The notes beneath the pieces were generated by a model, which saw only the letters and a list, made by a program, of their open reading frames with translations, made no database searches and was not told the origin of the DNA. DNA of 64,000 nucleotides from a virus (taxonomy: Duplodnaviria; Heunggongvirae; Uroviricota; Caudoviricetes), in IMG/VR virus record IMGVR_UViG_3300026549_000033, positions 1 to 64,000 of that record, one strand, 5' to 3'. The position numbers and the translations under genes are program-made. This document shows, one piece after another, positions 54,699 through 64,000 of this stretch; within the stretch, counting starts at the first letter, position 1, and the number at the start of each line of letters is the position of its first letter.

Positions 54699-56160
54699 AG
54701 CAGATAGATTAGAAGAAGCAATAAATACATACGGAATTGAAGTTAACCCTAATGTAAAGTGGGATAACGAAAAAATGATTAAGTTGTTAGGAGATTACTT
54801 TATCAGCTTAGAACCTCAAAAGTATACATGGGGAGCAAGATATGTACAGTCATTAAGTACTCCCATGCTCTGTAAGCATATGAAAGACGACTTAGACAAA
54901 TTCCCTGTTTCACCGTTGGAATCAGACGACTATATAGCTGAAACTAAAATGAACGGAATGCGGGTTATATGTTGCTATTCTCCTGAAACAGGTTTTGAAT
55001 TCTTCTCAAGAAGAGAAAGCAGCTCTAATTTCTTGAACGGGAACTTTACGAATAAATTCCTATTTATTGAAAAAGGTCTTATTTCTGAACCGAAAGATTA
55101 TATCGGTAAATTTAATTATAGATTTGTAATTGACGGCGAACTTCTTATTGACGGTATTGAGAATGAGATTAAAACGTCACAAGTATCTATCGAAGACTAC
55201 ATTCAGAGTGTGTTCAGCTCCAATGTAGAAAGAGCAAGAGATTTCCAAAAAGACGGCCACCGTTTAAAAATGGTAGTTTTTGACGTTCTTTATTTTGAGA
55301 AGAACCCGTCAATTCCTGCTAATTGGACACCAAAGTATGAGTATGAAGAGAGAGAGATGACCCCTGAGGCAATTCAGTGGGTTGAGAAGCACTATTCTAA
55401 ATACCTGAATAGTGCAGGGTTTACGAAAGGTGCTGGCAAAGTAAAGAAGCTCTGTCAGTACCTGTATTCCTTACGATTTACTAATGAAAATGACGTTAGG
55501 AAGTTCCCATTTAAAAAGCGCAGAGAGCTTCGCCATCTCATTGTAAATATGTTGAATAAAAATATTCTTCCTTTTTATGAAGTTGAAGGTGAAGACGAAA
55601 ATAAAATAGAATTCACAGAAAATATTTTAATGTCGGGTGGAGAGGGTTCCATTGTAAAGAACCTTCATGCTCCGTATATATCAGGACTACGCTCTACAAG
55701 AAGTCACCGTGCAGCTATGAAAGTTAAGCAGTCTATTAGTACGATGCTTTCAAGTAATAGTTCTTTAATGGAAGATTTTGACGTATTTATTACAGGAGCT
55801 AATCCACCAAAATCCGATAGGATTAAAGATATGATAGGTTCTTTATCATGCTCTGTATATGTTAAGAAAAATAACGGAGAAACTGTAGAGCACGAAATAG
55901 CTAATGTTACAGGTATTTCTCATGAATGGAAGAAAAAACTTGCAGCAATAGACATAGAAACAGGGAAAATCACTTTAAACCCTGAGTATGAAGGTAAAGT
56001 AATAGCTATAGACGGTTTAGCTCTTACAGCTTCAAAATTGAAATTTCAACATGCCACTCTAAAGAATAAAGGTAACTTGGAATTTAAAGCCAAGAATCCG
56101 TCTGAGTGCGTGTGGGAAGAAGATACATTAAAAGAAATGACATTAACGAGAGGACAGTAA
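54679..56160 (+). CDS. ATP-dependent DNA ligase.
   Basis: AETKMNGMRV (motif I, KxNG variant of KxDG), VIDGELL (motif III), EGSIVKNL (motif IV). Confidence 0.6.
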   Translation: MAENNFRADRLEEAINTYGIEVNPNVKWDNEKMIKLLGDYFISLEPQKYTWGARYVQSLSTPMLCKHMKDDLDKFPVSPLESDDYIAETKMNGMRVICCYSPETGFEFFSRRESSSNFLNGNFTNKFLFIEKGLISEPKDYIGKFNYRFVIDGELLIDGIENEIKTSQVSIEDYIQSVFSSNVERARDFQKDGHRLKMVVFDVLYFEKNPSIPANWTPKYEYEEREMTPEAIQWVEKHYSKYLNSAGFTKGAGKVKKLCQYLYSLRFTNENDVRKFPFKKRRELRHLIVNMLNKNILPFYEVEGEDENKIEFTENILMSGGEGSIVKNLHAPYISGLRSTRSHRAAMKVKQSISTMLSSNSSLMEDFDVFITGANPPKSDRIKDMIGSLSCSVYVKKNNGETVEHEIANVTGISHEWKKKLAAIDIETGKITLNPEYEGKVIAIDGLALTASKLKFQHATLKNKGNLEFKAKNPSECVWEEDTLKEMTLTRGQ

Positions 56161-56162
56161 TT

Positions 56163-56324
56163 ATGGCAGTATCAGTTACATTAAGATTTAACTATCCGTG
56201 GAACAACGAAGACATGGATGAAAATGAGATAGTAGAGTGCTTATACGACTTATCTCCAGAAGAATTACTATTGGCAGCTAACAATGCAGGGAAACCTGTA
56301 AATGTGGACGTAGAGGTTTACTAA
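56163..56324 (+). CDS. Small protein, about 53 aa.
   Basis: ATG at 56163 after a gagagg RBS, in frame with the tracked ORF. Confidence 0.35.
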   Translation: MAVSVTLRFNYPWNNEDMDENEIVECLYDLSPEELLLAANNAGKPVNVDVEVY

Positions 56325-56827
56325 TGAATCTGAATTATATTAAAGAGTATTTAGAGGTTAGGAAAGATAATATAACTTCTGCGGATATTGAAAATCTTAT
56401 AAAAGAAATAAGCGACTATCAGGCTACAGAGGGGACTTTTACTGATATTGCTAAGATTATGAGAGTTGTCAATGAGTATAACTTAACATTCTTAACATTA
56501 GTAGAAGCTTACGAAGCCTACCCGAAAGGTGACATAAAACTTCTGCCTAAGAGAGCTGAGAAAGCTCGTGAGATACTTTGTGTCTTAAGTTCTTTACATA
56601 CATATTTAGTCCTTAGCTTAAATATGGTTAAAGAGAGTACTTATAACATGAAGGGAATTCGCAATTATATGTCTGAACTTGGGGAGAAAAAAGAACATTT
56701 CAAATCTGAGAAAATGACGTGGGCGACAATCCTCAGGTCTTTAACTCAGGAAATGAGCTTCACTCAAGAGATGCGAAAAATGGATATAGAAGACCAAGTA
56801 GGTTACATAAAGTACAGGGGGCAATAA
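56324..56827 (+). CDS. Hypothetical protein, 167 aa.
   Basis: ORF. Confidence 0.5.
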   Translation: MNLNYIKEYLEVRKDNITSADIENLIKEISDYQATEGTFTDIAKIMRVVNEYNLTFLTLVEAYEAYPKGDIKLLPKRAEKAREILCVLSSLHTYLVLSLNMVKESTYNMKGIRNYMSELGEKKEHFKSEKMTWATILRSLTQEMSFTQEMRKMDIEDQVGYIKYRGQ

Positions 56828-57267
56828 TGGCAGTAAGGAAGCTCATAGAAAAACCTCCAGACATTATAGAAAAAATAGTAGATGAGAGTTTAAAAATCAT
56901 AGGTATAGAAGGTATAGAAGAGGGAAAAGTAAAGCTTTTAGCGCGTCTCATAGTAAGCGGTTTAGCTTATCATTACTTCAATAACCCCGACGACCTCATA
57001 AAAATGGGATTCCTACAATTTGAGAAAAGTCCCGATAAGAATGAACTCTTCAAGGTTACTATTATAAGGGATAAAGAAGTGGGAGTGATAAACGCTGATA
57101 CTTTGTGGAAGTACTACAAAGGAGAGCTCCACCAAGAAGCTAAATTTAAAGAAATCTTAGATAACTTTTTAGAGGGGCTAATAGCTTACTCACAATCACA
57201 AGAAATAAGTATTACACAATTAACAAGTAGATTACAAAAAAGAAAAGGAGATAATCATGGCATTTAA
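56827..57267 (+). CDS. Hypothetical protein, about 146 aa.
   Basis: ATG at 56827 with an aggggg RBS. Confidence 0.45.
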   Translation: MAVRKLIEKPPDIIEKIVDESLKIIGIEGIEEGKVKLLARLIVSGLAYHYFNNPDDLIKMGFLQFEKSPDKNELFKVTIIRDKEVGVINADTLWKYYKGELHQEAKFKEILDNFLEGLIAYSQSQEISITQLTSRLQKRKGDNHGI

Positions 57268-58459
57268 AAGAACAGGTGCAAAATCTTTAGTTAACAACAA
57301 CACAGCGCGTTTTTCAACCGCGTACAAATTTTCAAAGAAAGCAAACTTTGAAGTAGGTAAAGACGCCTACATTATCATCTTAGGACTTGAAAGTGGTTAT
57401 TATGAAACTCCGTGTCACAGAGTTATGCCGCACAAAGTAAATGGACAACTTGTAGGGTTTGGTAACACCAACTTCGCTACTTACTTGAAATGTAAGGGTA
57501 TTGACGAAGAAGGTAATAGAACTGATTCGTTATGCTGTACATTAGCACAATTAGAGAAAGAAAGAATTCCTGATAAAGCTGAAGCAGGAAAGAGAATTAT
57601 AAGCTTCACAACATACAGAGTTCACCTTCCTGTGCTTATCTTGGGTAATTCATTAAACGACAAAAAGAAAATTACATACCCTGTATCAAAAGTGTCAATT
57701 CTTAATGACCTAAGGGGTGAAAGTGGTTTAAACTTCGCTTATATCGAAATGGCTTCAAGCAGCTTTAAAAATGACATTATCTCTGCTTACGGTAAAAAAC
57801 TTAAAGAAGACGGTGTAATTGATTACGAATTAGACGAAAATAGCGAAGAATTCTTTGAAGAAGTTCTGCAGAGATTACCAAATACTATAATCAAAGTTCA
57901 TGGTATTTCAAAACAGGGATTTGACGCAGCCTTGAGAGAATACTCTTTCTTCCCATTTGACAATGCTTCAATTGCAAGCGGAAGTCCTGCAGGTGAAAGA
58001 GAAGCTATTATAGGCTATAAAGATAATCAAGAAATTCAAAATAAAATATGCGAATTCTTAGATTTATTTAATATTGAAGTAGATAACATGTTCAATGATT
58101 GGACTGAAAAAGACCTTCAAGAGTACTATAATAGTGCAATAGGTGTTGATATTAAAGCTCCTATTAAAGCTCCGAAAGACCCTTCTGCAGAGGAAGAGGA
58201 AGAAGTAGTTGAAGAGATTGAAGAAGAGGAAGAAAAACCTTCTAAACCTGTCAAGGCAGCTCCAAAAACTCCTGCGGTAGAAGCTCCTTCAAAAGAAGAA
58301 GAGGAAGAAGTTAAGTTAGCTCCTCCTGCTTCAGACGACGACGTAGAAGCTATACTTAAAGGAGCAATTAATACAGACAAAGCTGCTACCGACGATTCTT
58401 TAGAAGAAGTCGATATGACCTTTGACGACGAAGATGAGGATAGCTTCTTTGAAGACTAA
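57257..58459 (+). CDS. Single-stranded DNA-binding protein (T4 gp32-like, zinc-binding) with an acidic C-terminal tail.
   Basis: CHRVMPHKVNGQLVGFGN ... CKGIDEEGNRTDSLCC resembles the gp32 His/Cys3 zinc site. C-terminus DDEDEDSFFED. Confidence 0.55.
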   Translation: MAFKRTGAKSLVNNNTARFSTAYKFSKKANFEVGKDAYIIILGLESGYYETPCHRVMPHKVNGQLVGFGNTNFATYLKCKGIDEEGNRTDSLCCTLAQLEKERIPDKAEAGKRIISFTTYRVHLPVLILGNSLNDKKKITYPVSKVSILNDLRGESGLNFAYIEMASSSFKNDIISAYGKKLKEDGVIDYELDENSEEFFEEVLQRLPNTIIKVHGISKQGFDAALREYSFFPFDNASIASGSPAGEREAIIGYKDNQEIQNKICEFLDLFNIEVDNMFNDWTEKDLQEYYNSAIGVDIKAPIKAPKDPSAEEEEEVVEEIEEEEEKPSKPVKAAPKTPAVEAPSKEEEEEVKLAPPASDDDVEAILKGAINTDKAATDDSLEEVDMTFDDEDEDSFFED

Positions 58460-59048
58460 GAATGTTCTTATTTCAATAGGTATTGACGTTGGTTCTACGA
58501 ATGGGGCAATTAGCGTTGTAAGTGAGGAAGGAGAAATCCTCCTCCTTACAAAGGCTCCCATATACCAAACTGAAGTCAAATCCAAGCGAAATAAATCAAA
58601 GCTTAACAAAGAAACAGGGAAATTCGAAGCTGACTTTAGAAAAAGAAATTGGGTTAATTTTAAAGAGTTGAGAGAGATATTAAAACCTTTTATAAATAAT
58701 TCTATTATCTATACTATCGAAAGAATTCAGCAAAGGCCAAATGAGGGAGAGACTACTTCTTTTATGAACGGGAATTCCTTGGGAATTTTTCAAGGGTTAT
58801 ATTCTTACTTAAATCCAATAAGTTACTTTGAACCTTCCGCGGGAGAGTGGAAAAAAGAGTTAGGAGTTACTTCTTTAAAAGAAACTTCAATTCAACTCGC
58901 AGAAGAAATTTATAACATTAAGTTAAAAGATTACCTTCCTAAAGGGAAAGTTGATGACATAGCAGAGGCTCTTCTCCTTGCTTTTTACGGTCTTAAGAAA
59001 TATTATGAAAATAATGAAAGGAATAATAATGGCAACGACAAAAAATAA
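58422..59048 (+). CDS. RuvC-family Holliday junction resolvase.
   Basis: NVLISIGIDVGSTNGAISVV at the N-terminus. Size about 200 aa. Confidence 0.55.
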   Translation: MTTKMRIASLKTKNVLISIGIDVGSTNGAISVVSEEGEILLLTKAPIYQTEVKSKRNKSKLNKETGKFEADFRKRNWVNFKELREILKPFINNSIIYTIERIQQRPNEGETTSFMNGNSLGIFQGLYSYLNPISYFEPSAGEWKKELGVTSLKETSIQLAEEIYNIKLKDYLPKGKVDDIAEALLLAFYGLKKYYENNERNNNGNDKK

Positions 59049-60165
59049 ATTTTCTATATCGGCTGAACAAAAAGCCATGCTAAGTAAAGCTTTAAAGAAA
59101 GCTGAACCTACTCAATTTATTGAAACAGGGGACGTTGGCTTAGACTTAGCATTAAGTGACGGAAAAGGTTTACCTATGGGTTCTTCTACATTATTCTGGG
59201 CTAAACCGGGTTGTGGAAAAACCACTATTGTAACAGACGCTTGTAAAAGACTAATACAGGCTGCTAAAAATCGTAATGAAAAATTTCAAGTACTATATTT
59301 AGCAGTAGAAGACTCAAGGTCTCTTATGAGTGCTTTAGGCATGGACGAATACATTGACAGCGGTGACTTCATCTATTATGCTCAAGGGTTTAAATGGAGG
59401 CACATAGAAACCTTTTATCAGGCTGTTTTAAATGGCCACGATGGTTATGAGAATGTTAAATTAATTGTAATAGATAGTGTTAACAACGTACTATCAGAGC
59501 AACAATCAGAAAAATCCATTGCTGACGGCGATTACGGTACAAAAGCTCGTGAACGCTATGCTTTTTATCAGAAGTTCCTTCCTTTGTGCAAAGAAGCCAA
59601 GATTAGCTCATTCTTTATTGCACAAGTAAGACATAACCAAGCTGCTCAGACAAAGTATGATCCGTCAGATAAAGCAGCTGTAGGCGACGGAGACTTGCAT
59701 AACGTTGATATTATCTTGAAATGTACAGCTTTATCTTCAGGAATTGACGCTAGCAAAATTGAAGAAGAAACTATCTTTGGTAAAGACAAAGTAGCTTCTA
59801 AATGTATATTTAAAATGGATTCTAAAGCTACTTATTGTAAAAATAGGTATACAAGAGGTAACACAGTAGAACTTTTATTCGAAAAAGGTAAATGTGTATG
59901 GAATTATTATGCCGTAAAAAAGTTACTTATAGGTAATAACTTAATAAAAGATTCGGCCGGGTGGTACTCTTTTGACCCTGAGCTTTGTGCAACTTTTGGC
60001 ATTCCTACTAATAAAATGAGAAATGCTGAAGTTAACAGAACAGTTCAAGACCATATTGGAGAACTGATAGAGCTACTTAAACAAATGGGTAAATACAAAG
60101 TAGGGTTAAAAGAAACAGAAGTTGAAGCTGACGACGAATCTGATATTGAGGAAGAAGAGGAATAG
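59029..60165 (+). CDS. RecA/UvsX-like recombinase-family ATPase with an acidic C-terminus.
   Basis: AKPGCGKTT Walker A, LIVIDSVNNV, C-terminal DDESDIEEEEE. ATG at 59029. Confidence 0.5.
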   Translation: MATTKNKFSISAEQKAMLSKALKKAEPTQFIETGDVGLDLALSDGKGLPMGSSTLFWAKPGCGKTTIVTDACKRLIQAAKNRNEKFQVLYLAVEDSRSLMSALGMDEYIDSGDFIYYAQGFKWRHIETFYQAVLNGHDGYENVKLIVIDSVNNVLSEQQSEKSIADGDYGTKARERYAFYQKFLPLCKEAKISSFFIAQVRHNQAAQTKYDPSDKAAVGDGDLHNVDIILKCTALSSGIDASKIEEETIFGKDKVASKCIFKMDSKATYCKNRYTRGNTVELLFEKGKCVWNYYAVKKLLIGNNLIKDSAGWYSFDPELCATFGIPTNKMRNAEVNRTVQDHIGELIELLKQMGKYKVGLKETEVEADDESDIEEEEE

Positions 60166-60169
60166 ACTA

Positions 60170-61276
60170 ATGGGTAATGAGCTGAAGTTATCTTTAGAAA
60201 ATTTTCAAAGTATATCTCATGGGGAGTTAATCTTTCATGCAGGGACCAATGTTATTATAGGGCAATCAAATTCGGGTAAAACAGCCACTTTTAGAGCCCT
60301 TAAAGCGTGCCTAAGCAATCCAATTGGCTCACAACGCTTTATCAAAAAGGGAACTAACAAAGCTTCGGTTGCCTTAGAATACAACGGGAACCAAATTATA
60401 TGGAAGAGAACTCCCAAGGAAAGCTCTTATACTATAAATGGGGAAGACTTTCTAAAGACGGGAAAGTCAAATGCTTTCAAGATAGTTGAAGACACAGGAT
60501 TTGTCCTTGACGATAATGAAAATATAATGAACATTGAAGAAGAACTTCAGCTTCCTTTCCCTTTCGGTATATCCAAATCTGAATTATTTAAGCTTTATGA
60601 AAATGTTTTTTGTGTATCAGATTCAGCGGTAATTCTTAAAGCCGCAAAAGAAAAAGAAGAAGATACTAAAGGACAAATTTCCATCATAGAAAATGAAATA
60701 GTTAAAAATAAGAATAAGCTATCAGAAGTTATTAGCTTTAAAAATGAAGTTAATATTAAGTTTCTTGAAGAAAAAAGAGACTACTATAAGGAAAGCTTAA
60801 AGCGAATAGCATTCCTACAGGACGGCTTGAGCACAATTCATAAAGCTTCAAGAATTCAAGGGTTTGAAGTTCAAGAGTACTCTTTTATAGATAAATTGTC
60901 AGACTTTAATGAGCTTCGTCTGTTAAAGCACGAACTCTTCAGATTAAAGAAACTTCATGCTCTTGGGAAAAAGCTTAAGGAATTACCATCACCTAAAGAG
61001 ATAGCCTTATCTTCTTATTATGACTTAAAGAAATTTAAAAAAGATTGCGAAAAGTTAGTTTACTTTAAGGATTTCAAAGTTCCTGAAGTATCCTTCACAC
61101 AGAAATTACAAACTTATAAGGAACTGCAAGAGTACTCCAACGCTTTAAAGCACTTAAAAGAACAAATTAAGAATAAAAAGGCAAAATTAGAAAGTGCTGA
61201 GGAGCTTGTAAAAGAAAAAGAAGAGAAACTAAAAGAATTTAAGGTTTGTCCTTTGTGTCACAAACCACTTGATTAA
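60170..61276 (+). CDS. Rad50/SbcC-like ATPase, N-terminal lobe plus coiled coil, ending at the CxxC zinc hook.
   Basis: VIIGQSNSGKT (Walker A), long heptad region, ...VCPLCHKPLD*. Confidence 0.6.
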   Translation: MGNELKLSLENFQSISHGELIFHAGTNVIIGQSNSGKTATFRALKACLSNPIGSQRFIKKGTNKASVALEYNGNQIIWKRTPKESSYTINGEDFLKTGKSNAFKIVEDTGFVLDDNENIMNIEEELQLPFPFGISKSELFKLYENVFCVSDSAVILKAAKEKEEDTKGQISIIENEIVKNKNKLSEVISFKNEVNIKFLEEKRDYYKESLKRIAFLQDGLSTIHKASRIQGFEVQEYSFIDKLSDFNELRLLKHELFRLKKLHALGKKLKELPSPKEIALSSYYDLKKFKKDCEKLVYFKDFKVPEVSFTQKLQTYKELQEYSNALKHLKEQIKNKKAKLESAEELVKEKEEKLKEFKVCPLCHKPLD

Positions 61277-61289
61277 AGGAGAAAGAGAG

Positions 61290-61574
61290 ATGTTAGAACA
61301 AGATAAGATCAATGAATACACGAGACTTCTTAAAGAATGTGAAGAAGCAAAACAAGAGGCTCAAAAAATTAATACGGAAATATCTATGCTTAAAAAGCAG
61401 GGAATGGAAAAACTCCAAGAAAAAGGTTATAAATCTTTATCAGAAGCAAGTAAAATTGATGAAGAAATTGCTAAAATAGAAAAAGAAATTGAGGAAGAAA
61501 TTCCTAAAATGCGTGAGTACATAGCTACTGTTAATGAAAAGAGAGAAGAAAAAGAAAGAATTTTAATGGGGTAA
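61290..61574 (+). CDS. Rad50-like coiled-coil fragment, 94 aa.
   Basis: All coiled-coil. Separated from the next ORF by a single in-frame TAA. Confidence 0.45.
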   Translation: MLEQDKINEYTRLLKECEEAKQEAQKINTEISMLKKQGMEKLQEKGYKSLSEASKIDEEIAKIEKEIEEEIPKMREYIATVNEKREEKERILMG

Positions 61575-61577
61575 ATT

Positions 61578-62204
61578 ATGCTGCAGAACTTAATAGATTC
61601 TTTAGAATACACAATTAAGAGTAGCAAAAGCCTCTTAAATAAAGAAGAGATAATATCTGAAAGAAATGAAATTCTTAAAGAAGAACTTCAGAAAGAAAAG
61701 GAGTACCTTACTTTTATTAAAGGTGCCAAAGAAAAGTACCAAGTAGCAGTAAATGAACTCTATGAAGAAAGTGTAGTAGCTCTTCAGGATACATTGAATG
61801 CAGCACTGAAATATATCATGTATGACAAAAACTACAGTGCAAAACTTGTACTTGAAGACACAAGAGGTACCAAATCCTTATCTATAATTTTAGTAGACGA
61901 CGATGATAACTTCGAAGTTGACTTAAAAGACGGGGTAGGGCAAGGAGTAAGAACTATTATTTCCTTTGTGCTTAAGTCTTATTACTTATTAAATCAAAAC
62001 AGTAAAGTCTTATTTTTAGATGAAAAATATTCAGCTTTATCTGCTCACTATGTTCCGCGTTTCTATGAGTTTATAGAAAAATTCTGTGAAGACAACGACT
62101 TCATAATTGTTATGATTTCTCACATAGATAATCAAATTGAGCACGCTGATAAAGTTTATTATTTAAATGATGGTGTCATATCAGAAGAAACCACTAAAAT
62201 TTGA
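61578..62204 (+). CDS. Rad50/SbcC-like C-terminal ATPase lobe.
   Basis: LSIILVDDDDNF, VLFLDEKYSALS (Walker B / D-loop), VMISH (H-loop). Confidence 0.55.
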   Translation: MLQNLIDSLEYTIKSSKSLLNKEEIISERNEILKEELQKEKEYLTFIKGAKEKYQVAVNELYEESVVALQDTLNAALKYIMYDKNYSAKLVLEDTRGTKSLSIILVDDDDNFEVDLKDGVGQGVRTIISFVLKSYYLLNQNSKVLFLDEKYSALSAHYVPRFYEFIEKFCEDNDFIIVMISHIDNQIEHADKVYYLNDGVISEETTKI

Positions 62205-62229
62205 CAAGATTAGTTATCCATTATATAAT
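62201..62229 (+). promoter_or_regulatory. Promoter TTGACA-N17-TATAAT.
   Basis: ttgaca at 62201-62206, a 17-nt spacer, tataat at 62224-62229. Confidence 0.6.
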
Positions 62230-62256
62230 TAAGTAAGAGAGAAATGAGAGAGAAAA

Positions 62257-62556
62257 ATGTTCGTGAATAGTAGAACACGAGAAATGATTAGCAACTTAAA
62301 GGGTAGAATATCTAAAGCTCTAACTTTTTCTAAAAAGCTATCAGAAGAGGAAAAGTTAATCTTGGGCGGTATTTATAATTCTATTGACGAGATTATTTTA
62401 TGGGATAAAAAACTTACAAAAAATAAAGCTACTCGTTTCAAAAATATCTTAAAAGAATACGTAAATTTAATAGAAGACTCTGATAAGCTCTATATTAAAA
62501 AGCATATCACGCCTATCTTAAAAAAAGTGTTAGAACAGGAGTGGGTTAATGAGTAA
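62257..62556 (+). CDS. Hypothetical protein, 99 aa.
   Basis: ORF. Confidence 0.45.
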   Translation: MFVNSRTREMISNLKGRISKALTFSKKLSEEEKLILGGIYNSIDEIILWDKKLTKNKATRFKNILKEYVNLIEDSDKLYIKKHITPILKKVLEQEWVNE

Positions 62557-63445
62557 AATAGGAATTGTAATTGATCCACATATTACGGATAGACATAGAT
62601 GCCGCTGCGATAATTTTTTGGAGACAGCTCTTAGAAAGTTAGATTTTGTGGCTTCTCATAATGACTATGTAATTATTTGTGGGGACTTATTTCATACGAA
62701 TACAAATTCGCATTTAATTTTCAATAAAGTCTACAAGTTATTCATGAAGCACAAAGGAAAGTTCTTTGCTATTCCGGGAAACCACGACTTATTACATAAC
62801 AATATTAGTATGCTTGAAAAAACTACTATAGGAAGCTTAGCTTTAACGGGAGCTCTTCATTTAGAATTTGACAAGTTTACTATTGAAGGAGTTGACTTCC
62901 AAGTATCTCAGGTAATGAAAAACATGGAAAAGCTTCCTGTTGACGATACTAACTCTAAGGTACTAATAGGACACAATTATATGGAACCTGTAGGTACTGA
63001 GAAGGAGTGGTTTACTAAAGATGAAATAAGAAAGTTAAACTATAAATTAGTATTTTTAGGACACGACCACCAACCTCATGAAGAAGAGTACATAGGAAAT
63101 TCAACTTTAATCCGTATGGGGAGCCTAACAAGGATTGATACTCAGCCTTACAATAAAGAAAGGGGAATTTTCTACTATCAGCTTGATACTTCTGATTTAA
63201 GCTATACGCAAAAAGAAGTACCCCATGAAGAGGCACAAAAGATATTTACTGTTGAAGCCTTTCAGAGGATTGGTAGAAAGAAAGAAGATATTACTTTTAT
63301 ACAAATTGGAAATGTCTTATCCAAGTTTAAGAAAAAAGATAATGCTAACAATTCCCTTCATGCTAAGCTAAAGAAGATAGCTTCTGAAAAGGAAATTGAG
63401 TACATTAAAGCATTACACGAATTAAATAATGTCAGATATTTTTAA
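62549..63445 (+). CDS. Mre11/SbcD-like nuclease (metallophosphoesterase).
   Basis: IVIDPHI, ICGDLFH, IPGNHDL, LIGHNY, FLGHDHQ. Confidence 0.65.
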   Translation: MSKIGIVIDPHITDRHRCRCDNFLETALRKLDFVASHNDYVIICGDLFHTNTNSHLIFNKVYKLFMKHKGKFFAIPGNHDLLHNNISMLEKTTIGSLALTGALHLEFDKFTIEGVDFQVSQVMKNMEKLPVDDTNSKVLIGHNYMEPVGTEKEWFTKDEIRKLNYKLVFLGHDHQPHEEEYIGNSTLIRMGSLTRIDTQPYNKERGIFYYQLDTSDLSYTQKEVPHEEAQKIFTVEAFQRIGRKKEDITFIQIGNVLSKFKKKDNANNSLHAKLKKIASEKEIEYIKALHELNNVRYF

Positions 63446-63456
63446 AGGAGAGAAAA

Positions 63457-63981
63457 ATGCCATTAAATGATAGTACAAATGACCCGTGGGGTAAAATATT
63501 CGCACAAAATATGAACTCTGCATTCGGTATAGTAAAAGCTACAATAGGAGTTAAACTTTGCCGTGACGGAGCACAATTACCTGTAATTTCAAAAGGTAAT
63601 GCAGGAATTGATTTAAGAGTTCTTACTCAAAATGGGGAGGAAGAAGTAGAAATTCTCCCTAATGAAACTTATACTTTTAATACAGGAATTAAAATGGATA
63701 TCCCTGACGGGTATTACATAGAAATTGTACCTCGTAGTTCTACAGGAATTAAAAAGCACTTAAGATTAATGAATACTTGTGGTATTTTAGATAGCTCATG
63801 GAAGGGTGAAACTCTTGTAGCTATCCATAACTTTGGTAAAGACCCTGTTAAAGTATCTAATAATGAGAGACTTTGCCAAATGATAGTTCACAAAGTTCAT
63901 GACATAGCCATTAAAGAAGTAGAAGACGTAGGTACCTCAGAACGAGGTGAAAAAGGTTTTGGTAGCACGGGGAGGTTTTAG
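63457..63981 (+). CDS. dut: dUTP diphosphatase (trimeric dUTPase).
   Basis: AGIDLRV, IVPRSSTG, GILDSSWKGE (GxIDxDYRG-like), C-terminal GFGSTG. Confidence 0.65.
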   Translation: MPLNDSTNDPWGKIFAQNMNSAFGIVKATIGVKLCRDGAQLPVISKGNAGIDLRVLTQNGEEEVEILPNETYTFNTGIKMDIPDGYYIEIVPRSSTGIKKHLRLMNTCGILDSSWKGETLVAIHNFGKDPVKVSNNERLCQMIVHKVHDIAIKEVEDVGTSERGEKGFGSTGRF

Positions 63982-64000
63982 TAAATGAAATTAACAGTGT

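Noticed and set aside
58126-58380. 84-aa minus-strand Ser-rich ORF inside the SSB gene.
   Set aside because: Antisense of the GAA/GAG-rich acidic tail of the SSB gene, which yields Ser/Leu runs. Artefact of composition.

Overview
This window is an AT-rich (roughly one-third GC) segment of a large virulent-type dsDNA phage genome, most likely from an anaerobic low-GC Gram-positive host. Nearly every gene is on the + strand. I found no tRNAs, rRNAs or CRISPR arrays.

Main gene blocks:
- Tail/baseplate structural block (4.5-14.8 kb): includes a tape measure protein with a C-terminal M15 peptidase, a gpV/gp5-like spike, and a candidate programmed +1 frameshift just upstream of the tape measure gene.
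- T4-like replication and recombination genes: FEN/RNase H, DnaB-type helicase, family-A DNA polymerase, ATP-dependent ligase, gp32-like zinc SSB, RuvC-like resolvase, RecA/UvsX-like ATPase, Rad50/Mre11 and a CHC2 zinc finger.
- Nucleotide metabolism: ThyX, SHMT, PRPP synthetase, NrdD/NrdG, dNMP kinase and dUTPase.
- Accessory genes: two paralogous NPPY DNA methyltransferases, SPFH/flotillin, GroES/GroEL, SAM decarboxylase, several metallophosphoesterases, a GIY-YIG homing endonuclease, and many small zinc-ribbon ORFs.

The most unusual loci:
1. A promoter-to-terminator operon encoding a SWIM-like protein, a zinc ribbon and a Pol-beta-superfamily nucleotidyltransferase, followed by an isolated reverse-strand moron gene.
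2. A trifunctional Pnkp-type RNA-repair enzyme (kinase, phosphatase, ligase) carried on a 3 kb cassette bounded by perfect 41-bp direct repeats. The repeats duplicate the start of the downstream gene.
3. A SNF2 helicase whose SWIM, SNF2_N and Helicase_C parts are three separate ORFs. They lie in ancestral order at about 1.4, 16.1 and 30.7 kb, with accessory gene blocks between them.
4. A stand-alone promoter-gene-terminator cassette encoding a 571-aa protein with a C-terminal metallophosphoesterase domain.
5. A Rad50 homolog broken into three ORFs at the zinc hook and by a single in-frame TAA.

An AAAATTTGACA-N17-TATAAT promoter motif recurs at least eight times and marks the boundaries of transcription units. 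All functional calls come from motif-level reading of the translations and need homology or structure searches to confirm.
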